Shown here: positions 39,539 through 50,487 of the stretch, piece after piece
Layout: each line of letters starts with the position of its first letter
Numbering within the stretch: position 1 is the stretch's first letter
Source: a virus
Lineage: Duplodnaviria > Caudoviricetes
IMG/VR virus record: IMGVR_UViG_3300044557_000281
Coordinates: 1 to 64,000 of that record
Direction: 5' to 3' (one strand)
Length of the DNA: 64,000 bases
The notes under the pieces: generated by a model
Database searches by the model: none
What the model was told of the DNA's origin: nothing
Seen by the model: the letters and a program-made list of their open reading frames with translations, nothing else
Program-made: the position numbers and the translations under genes

Positions 39539-39829
39539 TTAAATATTTTTATTAAATTCTGCAAAAGCAGAAGTCTCCTTTAACACCGGGTACAACCGAT
39601 ACGTGTTGTCCATTATAGTTAGCATAGTTTTATCCATCTTGTCTACTTGATTGCTCCACCAATCCAGCTCGGTATCTATATCCCTATCCGCCCCTTTGGT
39701 TCGGTTTATTTTCTTAATCATTAGTTTGTCCCTGTCATATCTAGGAAGTACAGCTACAGATAGCCAAGCAAGGAATCCAATAACCCCTAGGGAAATTACT
39801 ACTATAATTTTATAGGTTGTACTACTCAT
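39539..39829 (-). CDS. Hypothetical membrane protein
   Basis: N-terminal TM helix. Confidence 0.55.
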   Translation of the reverse strand: MSSTTYKIIVVISLGVIGFLAWLSVAVLPRYDRDKLMIKKINRTKGADRDIDTELDWWSNQVDKMDKTMLTIMDNTYRLYPVLKETSAFAEFNKNI

Positions 39830-40044
39830 TTAACGAACCATATTAGTAAACAAGCTATTGCCACAAACATGATGGCTAAGCACTCTAAAATCACTAACAT
39901 TCTTTCTTTTTTATTTTTGTACTCGGTATGTGTGAGAATCCATATACAGACTCCGATAGTAACTAATGCTAACGCCACCTCCGCAAAGCCAATATAATCT
40001 CGCAAGTGAAACCACATCATAATAACACTCCTTATCTTTTTCAT
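39826..40044 (-). CDS. Hypothetical membrane protein
   Basis: Two TM helices. Confidence 0.5.
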   Translation of the reverse strand: MKKIRSVIMMWFHLRDYIGFAEVALALVTIGVCIWILTHTEYKNKKERMLVILECLAIMFVAIACLLIWFVK

Positions 40045-40084
40045 AAAAAATCAGAACTATAGTTGTGAGCTATAGTTCCGATAC

Positions 40085-40648
40085 TTAGACTAATTCCACG
40101 TCTAATTGTACTTCATTTAATTTAATCGCTTCCGCTTCTTGTACAGTACGAGTTCTCACTGCAATGTTGCCGGCACCTGTACTGGTGATATGCAACTCAA
40201 TGATTAAGTCTTGTGGGGCATGAGTAGTAACCGCTGTAGGATTTAATACTACTGGTTTTTGTGCCACCTTTTTAGGCTTTTCATCTGGTAATAACTCTTG
40301 TTGTACTGGAATACGTGGAACCTTTTTCCCTTGTAATGGGGCTTGTGTTTGACGCATAGCCGGTTCTGGGTCTAATCCAACAGAAACCATCCAATCAATA
40401 TAAGTAGCTTGTTGTGGCTTATTCTTAGCCTTTACAGTTGTTTGTTTGATTGGGTTGGCTATGAAACCTCTTACGTAAAACACTTCTGTTTCTTGGTTTC
40501 TGCTTTGGTAAATATGGGCTAAAGAAACTTGGAAGAATTTTCGTAAGCCAGCAATAGAAGTAAAGTCTAAGTAGTACGTTACCCCTTTACCGGTTGGAAC
40601 AGTTACGCGATAGGCTTTTGCTAATGTGCTTCTCATAAGAAAAATCAC
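40085..40648 (-). CDS. Hypothetical protein
   Basis: Basic, Pro/Gln-rich linker. Confidence 0.55.
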   Translation of the reverse strand: MIFLMRSTLAKAYRVTVPTGKGVTYYLDFTSIAGLRKFFQVSLAHIYQSRNQETEVFYVRGFIANPIKQTTVKAKNKPQQATYIDWMVSVGLDPEPAMRQTQAPLQGKKVPRIPVQQELLPDEKPKKVAQKPVVLNPTAVTTHAPQDLIIELHITSTGAGNIAVRTRTVQEAEAIKLNEVQLDVELV

Positions 40649-40662
40649 TCCTTTTAATTTTT

Positions 40663-41175
40663 TTAAGAGGCTGTTAAAGTAACAGTTACTCTATTTAATG
40701 TTTTAAATTGTACGTTTTGGTTAAACGTGGTGTGTCCTGCAACAGGTGAAAGAATTAAAGGTTCTTTTGGTACGTTTGGCTTATTCCTTTTAGCTTTCCG
40801 TGTCACTGGGTGTTTTTTATGTTTAAGTAATTCACTGTCTTTTAGAATGTTTGGATTCACTAGATAACGGTTTACTTTCCCTTCTAAGAGTACGGAAGGA
40901 TAACGGTCTACCACTTCTTGGAACCATTTGTAAGTCCCTAGTACCCGTCCTTTAGGTAGGTTTAGCTCCCTTGTAATGGTTGCATAAGAAACCCAATCAC
41001 CCTTAATGTAATTAATCAACGCTGTCCCTAACACGAAAGCACCCTTATTGGCTACATTAAATGTAGAAAGTTCCCCTTTAGTTACAAGGTTGAGTACGTC
41101 TGTGTAGTCCATATCTAGGATTTGTCCCACGGTCTGCAATGAATACTGTTCATTCTCCGAAATAATTGTTCGCAT
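40663..41175 (-). CDS. Excisionase-like HTH protein
   Basis: YSLQTVGQILDM...VLNLVTKGEL. Confidence 0.55.
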   Translation of the reverse strand: MRTIISENEQYSLQTVGQILDMDYTDVLNLVTKGELSTFNVANKGAFVLGTALINYIKGDWVSYATITRELNLPKGRVLGTYKWFQEVVDRYPSVLLEGKVNRYLVNPNILKDSELLKHKKHPVTRKAKRNKPNVPKEPLILSPVAGHTTFNQNVQFKTLNRVTVTLTAS

Positions 41176-41227
41176 AAGTAATTCCTCCTTCAGTTAGTAG
41201 TGTAACAAGCTTTAAAGTTTAAAGCAA

Positions 41228-41593
41228 TTATTTTGACTTCTTATGTGGATTGGTAATCTCATATAACATAGCGGTTTGAGAAATGTAAGCCGGTGACTTG
41301 TTCAGCAAGGTAGCAATCTCTACAAATGATTTATCTAAATTAGCTAGATTGCGAATGGTCTGTGCTAAATCATCTCGTCCGCTTTGTTTAGCTGATAGGT
41401 TAATCAGTAGTGTGCCGTACGCTCTAAGCTCGTTGTCTGCACCATCTATAGCTTCCACAACTACTGCTCGTGTGACGTCTTTGTCTGGTGCTTCTCGGTA
41501 CCGCCCTAGAATCTTCACACTTCCCGTGAACTTTCTTTTTTCATAACTTACTGTGCCATCACCAATCTTACTAGTATCTACTAGACTTGTCAT
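41228..41593 (-). CDS. HTH-containing hypothetical protein
   Basis: GDGTVSYEKRKF; FVEIATLLNKSPAYISQ. Confidence 0.65.
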   Translation of the reverse strand: MTSLVDTSKIGDGTVSYEKRKFTGSVKILGRYREAPDKDVTRAVVVEAIDGADNELRAYGTLLINLSAKQSGRDDLAQTIRNLANLDKSFVEIATLLNKSPAYISQTAMLYEITNPHKKSK

Positions 41594-41721
41594 GTGTACA
41601 CCTCCCTTTAATTTAATTCTACTACGTGTTCGTTGGCTTTGCAATAGGAAAGTAACAATTAGTTTAAAAAGACTACCGTTTCTTTTATAGTTAAGGCTAG
41701 GAAGAACCTAGCCCACTACAA

Positions 41722-42009
41722 TTAAACCATTGCTAAATCAAAATATATTTCATATTCTTCTGGTAGGGGGAATACAGACCCTAATTCCTTTAAATTAAAT
41801 AATACTATAACACCTTGTTCCTCACACGGTTCTACTTCTTTGTTTTCTAAATCTACAAAAGAAGTGTTCGATACCCAGATTTCATCTTTTGTTACGGCTG
41901 TTAGATACCCCAAAAACCCTTTTTTTAAGTCTGTAACTTGTTCTACTTGTTCATAACCAAAAACATAAGGGGTGTTTAGTGCAACCTGTTCCAATTCTTT
42001 AAATAGCAT
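41722..42009 (-). CDS. Hypothetical protein
   Basis: RBS GGAGAATG. Confidence 0.6.
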   Translation of the reverse strand: MLFKELEQVALNTPYVFGYEQVEQVTDLKKGFLGYLTAVTKDEIWVSNTSFVDLENKEVEPCEEQGVIVLFNLKELGSVFPLPEEYEIYFDLAMV

Positions 42010-42067
42010 TTTCTCATTCTCCTCATAAGCAAAAGTGTTGTTACTGTATTACAGGATTATAATAACA

Positions 42068-42706
42068 TTAACTATTTGAATGGTCAATACTTTTCTTAGG
42101 AAAATCTTTCCCTGTTTCAAGGTCAATCTCATAAGGCTCAAAGCGGAATGTTCCTAATTTCTTTTCAGGTTTTAATAGGGTATTGTAGGTGTCTTGTACG
42201 TCCGTAGACTCCTTGTAACTTCTTGTTAAGTACAATTTCCCCGGCATATCTGCATAGCGCTCACGGGCGTTTACAGCGTTTCTGGTGTAAGCCACTAATT
42301 GTCTGGTTTGTTTTAAGGCGTCCACAATAGCGTAGACCTCTGTTACAATAGAAGGGGACTTTTCCATGTACCCTTTGTTATAAATTTCTTCTTGTTCTTC
42401 TTTCGTTAACATTTTCGTTAATACGTCTTTAATCTGTCTACGTTCATGTAATAAGTTGGTGTAACAATTTCCTAAGAAAGCAAAGTCTCCTTGTGAGTAC
42501 CCTTCCCCTAATTCAAACATATGTTGGTAGTCAATCTGTTTGTGTAAGTTTTGATGAAATAGGGACACGGTATCTTTTACTAAGGAATGTACTTTAGTTT
42601 CCACTCCCCAAAGAACAGTGTTTGGTACATCAATAGTATCTAAAATTCCTTTTAATTCATTCCAGTTCGATTCTGCTTGACTTCCTAGTGTATGTGTTTC
42701 TAGCAT
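42068..42706 (-). CDS. Hypothetical protein
   Basis: 212-aa ORF with RBS. Confidence 0.65.
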   Translation of the reverse strand: MLETHTLGSQAESNWNELKGILDTIDVPNTVLWGVETKVHSLVKDTVSLFHQNLHKQIDYQHMFELGEGYSQGDFAFLGNCYTNLLHERRQIKDVLTKMLTKEEQEEIYNKGYMEKSPSIVTEVYAIVDALKQTRQLVAYTRNAVNARERYADMPGKLYLTRSYKESTDVQDTYNTLLKPEKKLGTFRFEPYEIDLETGKDFPKKSIDHSNS

Positions 42707-42755
42707 GATTCATTTCTCCTTAGTGGGGCTTTGCTCTTACACAAAGCCCGTAACT

Positions 42756-43076
42756 TTAATTATTAGATACAATCCGTAAACTTGCTTTCGTTTTAACCAT
42801 CTTCGTATATTGTTTGGCAATGTTAGGGTAGTCTGCAATCATAGATTTCGTGTCTACGCTTTCTTTTGCTTTAGACGGAAGTAGTGTTGCGGTAGCGTCT
42901 TCTGTTGCTAATTTCTTAATATTATTTTCTTCCATGTACTCCATGATACCGGCTTTAATGGTATCTTTACGAGCTTTTAATTCTTTTAATTGGCGGTCAA
43001 TATCTGATAAATCTAGTAATTGGTATTCAAGTTCTTCCTTAGTTAATTTAACGTCTTCCATTTTAGTAATTTGCAT
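42756..43076 (-). CDS. Hypothetical coiled-coil protein
   Basis: LKELKARKDTIKAGIMEYM pattern. Confidence 0.6.
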   Translation of the reverse strand: MQITKMEDVKLTKEELEYQLLDLSDIDRQLKELKARKDTIKAGIMEYMEENNIKKLATEDATATLLPSKAKESVDTKSMIADYPNIAKQYTKMVKTKASLRIVSNN

Positions 43077-43303
43077 GAGTGTTTCCTCCTTAGATGAGTA
43101 CGTTTATTTTGTTTCTGGTTGTAACATTCCGTAAACGAAGCTTCCAGCAAATGTTAAAATTAATGCTGGGAAAAATCCTAATGTAAGCATGATAATGAAG
43201 AATGCAATAAAGGCTACGAAGTATTTCATGGTGTTCACTTCCTTTCGTTAAATTAATAATACCATACCACTAATTAGTGGTCAAGCACTTTTTAAAATAA
43301 TTT

Positions 43304-43969
43304 TTAATTTCTTTCTCGAATAGTTGGGAAATGTTCTTTAAACGTTAGGTTATCGAATAAATCAGTAATGAGATAAGAGTAATCTTTGTAACCGATAATA
43401 CTGCCTTCATACTTAGTGGAACGTAATGTGTACAATCGTGTATACGTCATATTCATTTCCATAGTTTGAATCTTACGACTGATTTCCTTTACTTCCCAAT
43501 CAATTTTCTTTTGGAGTGCTTTTGTATTGCCACAATCGGGTGATAGTACCACATTCAAACTGGTTTCTAAAATCTTTAAACTATGGGCAAAGGCATAAAT
43601 ATGATTAGCTCCATTGATATACATAGTGCTGTAGAAGTTATCATACTCTTTATGGTCTAAGACTTCATATAAGAAAGATTTGTAGGCTTTTCTAAGTTTA
43701 AGTACGGTTTGTAATCGTTCTGTTAAAAGGTATGTTTCTGATTCAGGTGCTAATTCTAGTAGGTGCACTAGGTCTGTGTACACCAAGTTAATGCTACGTG
43801 CTTCATTCAATGCGTTTCTAATTAACAAATGGATTGGAATAACCAATTGGTAAGTTCTTGTTTTGTCACTCCAATTGTCTGTAATATTTTCCACATTCAT
43901 TAGAATGTTTTCCTTAAAGTCATTTAGTAGTGTAATCGCTGTTTGTTCTTTCATTTTCATCATATTCAT
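43304..43969 (-). CDS. Hypothetical protein
   Basis: 221 aa; own promoter. Confidence 0.65.
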   Translation of the reverse strand: MNMMKMKEQTAITLLNDFKENILMNVENITDNWSDKTRTYQLVIPIHLLIRNALNEARSINLVYTDLVHLLELAPESETYLLTERLQTVLKLRKAYKSFLYEVLDHKEYDNFYSTMYINGANHIYAFAHSLKILETSLNVVLSPDCGNTKALQKKIDWEVKEISRKIQTMEMNMTYTRLYTLRSTKYEGSIIGYKDYSYLITDLFDNLTFKEHFPTIRERN

Positions 43970-44093
43970 TCTCTCCCTTATTATTTGTTTTGTTCCCTCT
44001 CAACACATTAAGAATACCATGTATTATTTATTCCGTCAACACTAATTTATAAATTAATTTTAAAGGCTAGAAATAAATCTAGCCCTAAGTGGT

Positions 44094-45113
44094 TTAGTTT
44101 CTACGAGGGACGTTGTGTAGGTCTAAAATGTAGTACAAGCCATTCTTGTATAGGTCATACTTTAAGTACAACTCTCGTAAAGGCATTTTGGTATTCTTGT
44201 AATCATCAAGTAACTCTGCTAATGCGTCTTGGTCACCAGTAATGTGTGCCACTCTGTCTTTTAAGGCTTTACTTACATTTGCAATCCCATGACGGATTTT
44301 AATAGATTGTAATTGCCCAGCACTGATAGATTGACGTCTCATTATATCCTTAGCAGTCACTCCATGTTTAATGTCATAAACAATTTGTTGCTCTTCTCGC
44401 TCTTTTTCTGGGTCAGCGGTTACTTCATCTTCTGGTTCATCTTCAATTTCAATAGAAGTGGTAGGATTTAATGCCACCTCATTATCAAAGTATTGTAATT
44501 TAGTTGAGTCCCCTAAACCAATTGCTTCAGCTAATTCAGCTTCAGTTGCGATTTCATCATCTTCAGATGGTTTCCACTCTGTTTGAATACATGTTCTAAA
44601 ATCTGAATAGTCGAACCACTCTGCTTTTTCATCTAGCCCTTTAGGAAAAGTTTCTGGAATACAAACTGCAACACCATCTTCATGTCCGGCACCTCCGGAA
44701 AAATTGAACACTTGCATACGGCTGTACACATAACGTTTTACCTTTTCAGTGCAATCAGCTAAATCTTCTTTTAGTGTGTCAGACACGAATTTAGCTGGTA
44801 GTGGGTAAGCGTCTATGAACTGTTGTTTAGTGAGCATGTAGAACACATTGTTACCCACTTCTCTTACGTTAGTCTCAAAGTCTCTCATTAGTTTTTCATA
44901 AGTTTCTGGTGTTGTATCTTCCTTTAATGACCACTCTTTTTGCCCAACAGGTACCACTTTAAGGTCTTTACCGTCTATTACAGTTTCTTCTAGTGTACCA
45001 TAAGGATTTTCTCGTGCATAATCTCTTACATTTTTCTCTAGTTCTTGTACAGCGGTAGCCATTGCAAAGTCTTTCACATTTTGTGATAAACGTTTTGACA
45101 TAGGTTTACTTTT
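44094..45113 (-). CDS. Conserved Herelleviridae-type protein with C-terminal HTH
   Basis: LYLKYDLYKNGLYYILDLHNVPRR C-terminus (recalled family feature). Confidence 0.65.
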   Translation of the reverse strand, partial: KSKPMSKRLSQNVKDFAMATAVQELEKNVRDYARENPYGTLEETVIDGKDLKVVPVGQKEWSLKEDTTPETYEKLMRDFETNVREVGNNVFYMLTKQQFIDAYPLPAKFVSDTLKEDLADCTEKVKRYVYSRMQVFNFSGGAGHEDGVAVCIPETFPKGLDEKAEWFDYSDFRTCIQTEWKPSEDDEIATEAELAEAIGLGDSTKLQYFDNEVALNPTTSIEIEDEPEDEVTADPEKEREEQQIVYDIKHGVTAKDIMRRQSISAGQLQSIKIRHGIANVSKALKDRVAHITGDQDALAELLDDYKNTKMPLRELYLKYDLYKNGLYYILDLHNVPRRN

Positions 45114-45188
45114 CACTTGTATCACTCCTTAACTTTATATTAGTAGTATATCAACATTAATAACCCTTGTCAACTACTTTTGTACAAA

Positions 45189-46584
45189 TTGAACTACCCC
45201 ACCTTATTTTCAAAGAAAATTGAAGGTGGGGATTCCTAAGAACTAGACTGACTTAGAGCTATTTTTTATAGCTCCAGAGGTTATCTATATTGATTAGGCT
45301 ATCCCCGTAGTCCCTACGGTTCTTTTTTTTTTATTTTAATTTAAGGCTTGATTCAGAATATTTTGTGCGGCATTGATATCTCTATCATGTGTTGTGTTAC
45401 AAGAAGAGCAAGTCCATGTCCTTACGGACAATGGTTTTTTCCCGTCTATGACTCCACAATTTGAACAGACTTGTGAACTTGGATAGAATCTATCTATCAC
45501 GACAAGCTCTTTATCGTACCAATGACACTTATACTCAAGCATAGAACGAAAAGCACCCCAAGATACATTCACAATAGCTTTTGCTAATTTATGGTTTCTC
45601 ATAAGTCCTTTCACATTTAAGTCTTCAATAGCAATGAAATCATTCTCTTTCACTATTTTTGTGCTTAACTTATGAAGAAAGTCCACTCGTTGATTGCGTA
45701 CCTTTTCATGTAACTTTGCTACTTTTAGTTTTTGTTTTTGATAGTTTTTTGCCTCTGAAAGAGCTTTACCATCTCTTTTTGCTTGTTCGTATCTACGAGA
45801 AAGGATTCTTTGTTCTTTCTTTAACTGTTCTTCGGCTTTTTTGATGAAGTTAGGATTATCTATTTTTTGCATATTCTTGTCTGTCGTAATAGCAAAATGA
45901 GTTAATCCTAAATCAATACCAATACTTTTGTTAGTCTTTTCCATTGGTTGAATGTCTTCTTCTGTTAACAACGAGATAAAGAACTTACCACTAGGATTTC
46001 TTCTTATGGTTGCAGAGATAATTCTCCCCTTAACTTCACGAGAAAGTGCAACACGAACAAGCCCTAATTTTGGAAGTTTGACCTTATTCCCCTTTATGGC
46101 AATGTTGTTGTTAACAGATTTAGTTGTGTATGATTGTCTTGAATCATGTTTTTTCTTGAATCGTGGATAATGATTCACTTTTTTGAAAAACATTTGAAAT
46201 GCCTTATGTAAGTCAAAAACAGCAGTTTGAAGGGCGATTGAATCAACTTCTTTAAGAAAATCCGTCCCTTTTTTCTCGTTTGTTAAGTTCTTACTCAAGG
46301 TTTTCTTACTAGTTTTTACACCCTTTTCATAATCAGCATTCCATTGAGCTAGTGCTTTGTTATAGACAAAACGAGTGCAACCGAAAGTCTTATTGATTAA
46401 GACAGACTGTTCTTTTGTTGGATAGATTCTAAAACTGTAAGCCTTGTATGTCATTGGACTTTCGACCCCTTTCTTTACTTGTATTATACCACAAAAAGAC
46501 TAAAAAGTCAACATTGTAGGGGAATTCATCTCCTCCTTAAAATCATTCTGATTTTTGAAGAAGGAGTCTTCTTCCCTTTTTTAG
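45189..46584 (-). mobile_element. IS1341-type tnpB-only element
   Basis: Target TTTAT at 46589-46585; left-end hairpin; right end ending TCAA; empty site restores terminator + promoter. Confidence 0.85.
45336..46454 (-). CDS. tnpB: RNA-guided nuclease TnpB
   Basis: FRIYPTKEQ; GIDLG; AIEDL; CSNC/CSSC; DRDINAA. Confidence 0.93.
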   Translation of the reverse strand: MTYKAYSFRIYPTKEQSVLINKTFGCTRFVYNKALAQWNADYEKGVKTSKKTLSKNLTNEKKGTDFLKEVDSIALQTAVFDLHKAFQMFFKKVNHYPRFKKKHDSRQSYTTKSVNNNIAIKGNKVKLPKLGLVRVALSREVKGRIISATIRRNPSGKFFISLLTEEDIQPMEKTNKSIGIDLGLTHFAITTDKNMQKIDNPNFIKKAEEQLKKEQRILSRRYEQAKRDGKALSEAKNYQKQKLKVAKLHEKVRNQRVDFLHKLSTKIVKENDFIAIEDLNVKGLMRNHKLAKAIVNVSWGAFRSMLEYKCHWYDKELVVIDRFYPSSQVCSNCGVIDGKKPLSVRTWTCSSCNTTHDRDINAAQNILNQALN

Positions 46585-46605
46585 ATAAAAAAGCTAAGAT
46601 TTCTC

Positions 46606-47055
46606 TTAGCTCATTTTGGTAAAACTGATTTTATCTACTGGTACTGGTTCTGTTACCGCACTCAATTGAACAGACAATGTATCATCATCTGCTTTTAATA
46701 GGTCTTCTATAAGAGCAGAATCCTCTTTACCAGTTGTTTCATTAGTGTAGTAAACCGTAGCTCCTACTGGATAGAGTGACGCTTCTGTGTAGTTTTCGTT
46801 CATTAAATACACAGGATATAAAGACAATGTGTTTAATGATACATCATGTAATGCCCAATACGTGCCACTCCAATTAGCAATTGTAATATCTGTATTGTAA
46901 CTAATAACTGTTAAGGGCACTCGTGTTTGGTCTAACTTCACCAATACATTTGCGTCATATGTCTTTTCGTACCCCTTAATAATAATAATATCTCCATTAA
47001 ACAAAGCGTCTAATGCCCCTTTAGCGGTTAGCTTCTTTAAACTGATTGATTTCAT
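46606..47055 (-). CDS. Conserved hypothetical phage protein
   Basis: In the K-like middle gene run. Confidence 0.6.
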   Translation of the reverse strand: MKSISLKKLTAKGALDALFNGDIIIIKGYEKTYDANVLVKLDQTRVPLTVISYNTDITIANWSGTYWALHDVSLNTLSLYPVYLMNENYTEASLYPVGATVYYTNETTGKEDSALIEDLLKADDDTLSVQLSAVTEPVPVDKISFTKMS

Positions 47056-47058
47056 TTA

Positions 47059-47751
47059 TTATAACTCCAATCCGGCTGATTTAAGTGCCGTAGTTATTTT
47101 TCTATCTTCTTCTGTTAAATCTAAAGTATCGTAAAACTCTTTTTCTTTCTCGTCCATAGCTTGTAACACTTCTTCGTGTTGGTCTGCCGGCACGTACTGT
47201 AAAAGAACTTCTGTCATAGCAGACTCTTTGGCTATCCGTCTTAGATTAAGTTCACGTAAACCTGCCATAGACAATCCTTGTAACTGATTCCCTGTAATTT
47301 TATTCTTAATTTCGATTGCTTTCATAGCAAGCGGTAGTTCCACAATATCCACGTACTGTAATCCGGCAAAGCCTTTAGCTACAATATCATCTAATAGTTC
47401 TAAGTCATTGTAAAGCTTGCCTACACTGTCTAATGGTGCATTATACTCCTCGATAATCTCACCATCTTTAGTAGTAGCTTTCTCCCGTTTAGGAACTAAA
47501 TCAATTACATTCCCAGTCTTTCTCCGCTTATCAATTAAATCCTTTAAAGGAACACCAGTCTCCATAGCTTCCTTACGTTTTGAATTGTAACGTGAGATAG
47601 CAGACTTACTGATTTCAAAGTCATACTCCCTACATAAATCAATAATTTCATCATACGTCATACCATTGTCTAACGCATAGTTTACTTTAGTAGCTAATTT
47701 CTTATTGTTGTATAACTGTACTAGAATTGGTTCTTCTGTTTTTCTTGTCAT
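47059..47751 (-). CDS. Conserved Herelleviridae-type DNA-binding protein
   Basis: MTYDEIIDLC..FEISKSAISRY HTH-like segment. Confidence 0.65.
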   Translation of the reverse strand: MTRKTEEPILVQLYNNKKLATKVNYALDNGMTYDEIIDLCREYDFEISKSAISRYNSKRKEAMETGVPLKDLIDKRRKTGNVIDLVPKREKATTKDGEIIEEYNAPLDSVGKLYNDLELLDDIVAKGFAGLQYVDIVELPLAMKAIEIKNKITGNQLQGLSMAGLRELNLRRIAKESAMTEVLLQYVPADQHEEVLQAMDEKEKEFYDTLDLTEEDRKITTALKSAGLEL

Positions 47752-48018
47752 TTTAGGTGTAACTCCTTATGCCTTAGTGTATTATCTGAAAGTCTTATGA
47801 GCCTTGCTCTATCAGCCTTCTGAAATAATATAGCAAAGTAAGCCGTGATTACTGGGTTCTAAGTAAAACACTGGCTTTCCTTTACTCTATTGTACCATAA
47901 AATGGCATTATGTGATTGTGAGTAACATGAAATAATTTCAATAACTACTACATCTAGTATTCAAAACTAGGTGTAATAGTAATGAAAACTAACACTCTTT
48001 AGTAACAAAATGAGGTAT

Positions 48019-48315
48019 CTAGTTTGCTTTCCGTAAAGCCACTCGTCCTTCTTTTAATCGAGCTAAACGAGCTTCTTGCTCGGCTACATTAGCTTTTACT
48101 GTGGCTAATCTATCGTTATTTGGTGTCACTAGCTTAGCTGAATTACGGCTCTTACCAACCAATGTAAGGTACTTGTCAATGACTTCATGCTGTTCAGCAC
48201 TTGGGGCGGCATTGAATCGGCAACGGGCTTGGACAGTACGATAGCCACCAATCTGTTCTTGTAATTCTAAGGTAATCCATGAGCGTTCTGGGCTATCTGC
48301 TTCACGTAAGAACAC
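48019..48315 (-). CDS. Hypothetical protein
   Basis: ORF in operon; start uncertain. Confidence 0.5.
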   Translation of the reverse strand: MFLREADSPERSWITLELQEQIGGYRTVQARCRFNAAPSAEQHEVIDKYLTLVGKSRNSAKLVTPNNDRLATVKANVAEQEARLARLKEGRVALRKAN

Positions 48316-48356
48316 AATGACACTCGTACCATTGGCTACTTTATTGGCATAAGAAG

Positions 48357-48632
48357 CTACACATTAAATGAAAGACCCTCATCTGTTCCCAGTCCTTCGG
48401 CAATACATTCCACAGCTTTTTCATTTAAACCATTTAAAGCGGTATTAATATTTACTTCGTTCCCTACACGAGCTTTTCCATCCATTGTGCAAGAAATTGT
48501 TCGGTCTCTGAAGTTTAAAGTAGTCGCCCATTCTGTCATTGATTCATCTTCTTCAGGTACGTTACTTCCAATAACCACAATTCCTTTTGCTCCACTAATT
48601 AAATGTATGTTGCTTGCTTTCCCATATCTCAT
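48357..48632 (-). CDS. Hypothetical protein
   Basis: RBS before MRYGK. Confidence 0.5.
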   Translation of the reverse strand: MRYGKASNIHLISGAKGIVVIGSNVPEEDESMTEWATTLNFRDRTISCTMDGKARVGNEVNINTALNGLNEKAVECIAEGLGTDEGLSFNV

Positions 48633-48735
48633 TGAACTACCCCACCTTAATTTGTATGAGCTTATTATAACGAACAATTGTTATTCTGTCAACACTAATA
48701 AACAAAAAAAGCTAGAAATTAATCTAGCTTTCAAA

Positions 48736-49122
48736 TTAAGGCTTATGTGTTCCTACTTTTAGAGAACCATCTTCTTGTAAAGTGGTTCGTATATCTAAAG
48801 CGGAATCTAATAATAATGTGCTGAATGAGTTATCAGCATAAATGATTTCGATAGCCGTAATGTCCCCTAAACTTAATCGGTCAAACAATTTCTCACCAGA
48901 TGGTATCGTATCATATTTCTTGTTTACCCCCGGTGCTAAATAAAATTCAAAGGTGCTTAACTCTTTAGCCAGAATGGTTTTATCATGAATCGGTAATAAG
49001 CTTTCTGTAAGGGTACCGGTAATGAGGTTGTAATACTCACCGGCTAGTAAAGGGACACCCTCCCCTGTTTCAAAGAATAATGAAATACTTCTTACTACTT
49101 TTTCTGCTCTTAGTGCTAACAT
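48736..49122 (-). CDS. Hypothetical protein
   Basis: RBS GGAGAG. Confidence 0.6.
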   Translation of the reverse strand: MLALRAEKVVRSISLFFETGEGVPLLAGEYYNLITGTLTESLLPIHDKTILAKELSTFEFYLAPGVNKKYDTIPSGEKLFDRLSLGDITAIEIIYADNSFSTLLLDSALDIRTTLQEDGSLKVGTHKP

Positions 49123-49132
49123 AGCTTCTCTC

Positions 49133-50008
49133 CTATCGGTTCATTAATAGTACAATGTCTTGTTCTTTTAAGTGAATGGTTACTTCTCGTGTACCGTTTT
49201 CTGCCGGACTAATCGTGATTGATTTCAACTCGTCACAATTGAATACTGTATACCCACCTAATTGTTTAATAATGTAATTTCCGTCCATTTCCTGAAAGAT
49301 TACATTGGAAGTTTCTGGTAATAGTACACTCACCACGTTACGAACATAAAGACTAGTCTGTAAAATGATGTTATTGGTCATTACAGGCTTGCACAAGGCT
49401 TCTATTATCTTCTTGGAGTCTCTTAGGTTATGATGTCCCTCCAAGCCCCCTAAGAACGTCTCACCGTCATATTCACGCTCTTTAAACAAAAGGATTAAAT
49501 CATGACTGAACGGTAACTCGGTTGCTTCTATGCTCACACCAGACCCCTGTAAGCGGACTTCATAATAGGTCTTGCCTGCTATGGTGATAGTAGCTCGTTC
49601 GATTGTATCGGTGTCATATACAGTAGTGAAAACATAATCCTGTACATTACTAAATGAGCTTTTCATAAGCAACATATCTGTTCCTAAATCAGATTCCACC
49701 TCTGGTGCTTTAAAGTCTGTCACGGCTGTTCCTAGACTATAATACTCCATTAGGAATTTTAAACGTGACAGTTCGTTGTCTGTTGTTTCACCGGGTGTAG
49801 GGGTGAATGTAATGTTCACGTCTACTGTTTTGCCATTGAAGTGAATCTCATCTATAAATGGTTTGATTGGTAATGGGTCTTGGGCGTTACTTGGAATATA
49901 AGTAGCCCCTACTAGGGTTAAGTAACTCCCTAAGTACGGTTCCTTTTCTCCATTTAACATTTTCTTTAATGTATTGGCTTGGATATGCTTTCCAGTTGCA
50001 TTAATCAA
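49133..50008 (-). CDS. Conserved hypothetical phage protein
   Basis: 291 aa in the K-like gene run. Confidence 0.65.
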   Translation of the reverse strand: MINATGKHIQANTLKKMLNGEKEPYLGSYLTLVGATYIPSNAQDPLPIKPFIDEIHFNGKTVDVNITFTPTPGETTDNELSRLKFLMEYYSLGTAVTDFKAPEVESDLGTDMLLMKSSFSNVQDYVFTTVYDTDTIERATITIAGKTYYEVRLQGSGVSIEATELPFSHDLILLFKEREYDGETFLGGLEGHHNLRDSKKIIEALCKPVMTNNIILQTSLYVRNVVSVLLPETSNVIFQEMDGNYIIKQLGGYTVFNCDELKSITISPAENGTREVTIHLKEQDIVLLMNR

Positions 50009-50487
50009 TAGAAGTTCCTCCCTTTTCTTGCGGTATTATTTGGTTTAAGTGGTTTGCCTTTAATCCCTTTTCCAGCTAAATGCTTATCACGGAACACAAA
50101 AATAAGCTGAATGGCCTTATAAGTACGTAAGACCTGAATGGATAGTTTCCCTATCGAGTGCGCTCCTAAACTCACATAGTATACTGTAGAAACAGAAGCT
50201 AATGTTTGGGTAGTTTTTCTGGTCTTGTACTTCAAGTGCTCTTTAGGTACTTTAGCATAATCAGCTACCATGTCAAGTCCATAATCTAATTTTAATTCCA
50301 CGTCACGTTCTGTCACATTTGCAAAAGATTCTACAAAAGCTAAGTCATAATTCCCTTTAAATGAGGCTTTTCTCGTCTTAGCAATCTTTCGTTTGTCTAC
50401 ATTAGGAACAAGGTTTAGGGCTTGGTTACGAGTGGTTTTAGACCGTCCGAACTTATTCCCTTTAAATTTATTCTTGTCTACCATCAC
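50005..50487 (-). CDS. Conserved basic hypothetical protein
   Basis: Overlapping operon gene. Confidence 0.65.
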   Translation of the reverse strand: MMVDKNKFKGNKFGRSKTTRNQALNLVPNVDKRKIAKTRKASFKGNYDLAFVESFANVTERDVELKLDYGLDMVADYAKVPKEHLKYKTRKTTQTLASVSTVYYVSLGAHSIGKLSIQVLRTYKAIQLIFVFRDKHLAGKGIKGKPLKPNNTARKGRNFY